From: Okamejei kenojei
Lineage: Eukaryota
Assembly: GCA_035221665.1 (NCBI GenBank)
Contig: CM069145.1
Span: 26,784,001 to 26,848,000 of the forward strand
DNA: 64,000 nucleotides
Direction: 5' to 3'
The position numbers and the translations under genes are program-made. The notes under the pieces were generated by a model. It saw nothing but the letters and a program-made list of their open reading frames with translations, ran no database searches and was not told the DNA's origin. Below, piece by piece: positions 63,755-64,000 of this stretch; position 1 is the first letter of the stretch, and every line of letters starts with the position of its first letter.

Positions 63755-63836
63755 TTATTGATTGGGGACGATCAGCCATGAAAGCCATCAAAGGGTCGAA
63801 TGGCCTCCTTCTGCACCTATTTTCTATGTTTCTATG
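63755..63836 (+). mobile_element. CR1/HER1 3' tail fragment
   Basis: GATCAGCCATGA...GAATGGCCTCCTTCTGCACCTATTTTCTATGTTTCTATG. Confidence 0.85.
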
Positions 63837-64000
63837 GTAAAAGGGGGATATAAAGTGGGGGCATTCTCACATTTACTGTGAGACTTTAATCTCAGATTTT
63901 CAGTCCTCAGTTAGCAAGGAGTGAATTTGAATCACATACTTGCTTGCTCATGCAGTTACACATGACATGTAAAACCTCTATCTGTCCCAAATAAGGCAAA

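Noticed and set aside
40800-64000. Conserved miRNA or snoRNA genes in the unique region
   Set aside because: I saw no mature sequence of the conserved miRNAs I checked by eye and no convincing hairpin; an Rfam/Infernal scan is needed to exclude them.

Overview
Eukaryotic, AT-rich, essentially non-coding DNA. The repeats (HE1/V-SINE copies, CR1/HER1 3' ends with (TAGAAACA)n tails, Rex1/Babar, Penelope) point to a cartilaginous fish, probably a skate or ray; this is an inference from recalled repeat consensus sequences. I recognise no intact cellular gene. ORF-track entries with recognisable similarity are decayed transposon fragments (CR1, Rex1, Penelope RT, Tc1 transposase). Bases 1 to ~40.8 kb are densely packed with old and young, often nested, mobile elements. 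These include a decayed full-length Tc1, a non-autonomous Helitron, Harbinger, hAT and Tigger-type elements, and a Penelope-related short repeat carrying a hammerhead-ribozyme core. From ~40.8 to ~59.7 kb I find no recognisable transposon; this stretch has CpG-retaining patches, CNE-like blocks and candidate + strand splice donors. The best reading is a large intron of a + strand gene with an internal regulatory or alternative-promoter domain. All family assignments are by eye and memory, with no database search. I cannot establish a new biological system. The best leads are the hammerhead-core retro-repeat, an inverted duplication of Penelope sequence, a Tigger5/MER47-like terminus and the TE-free domain.
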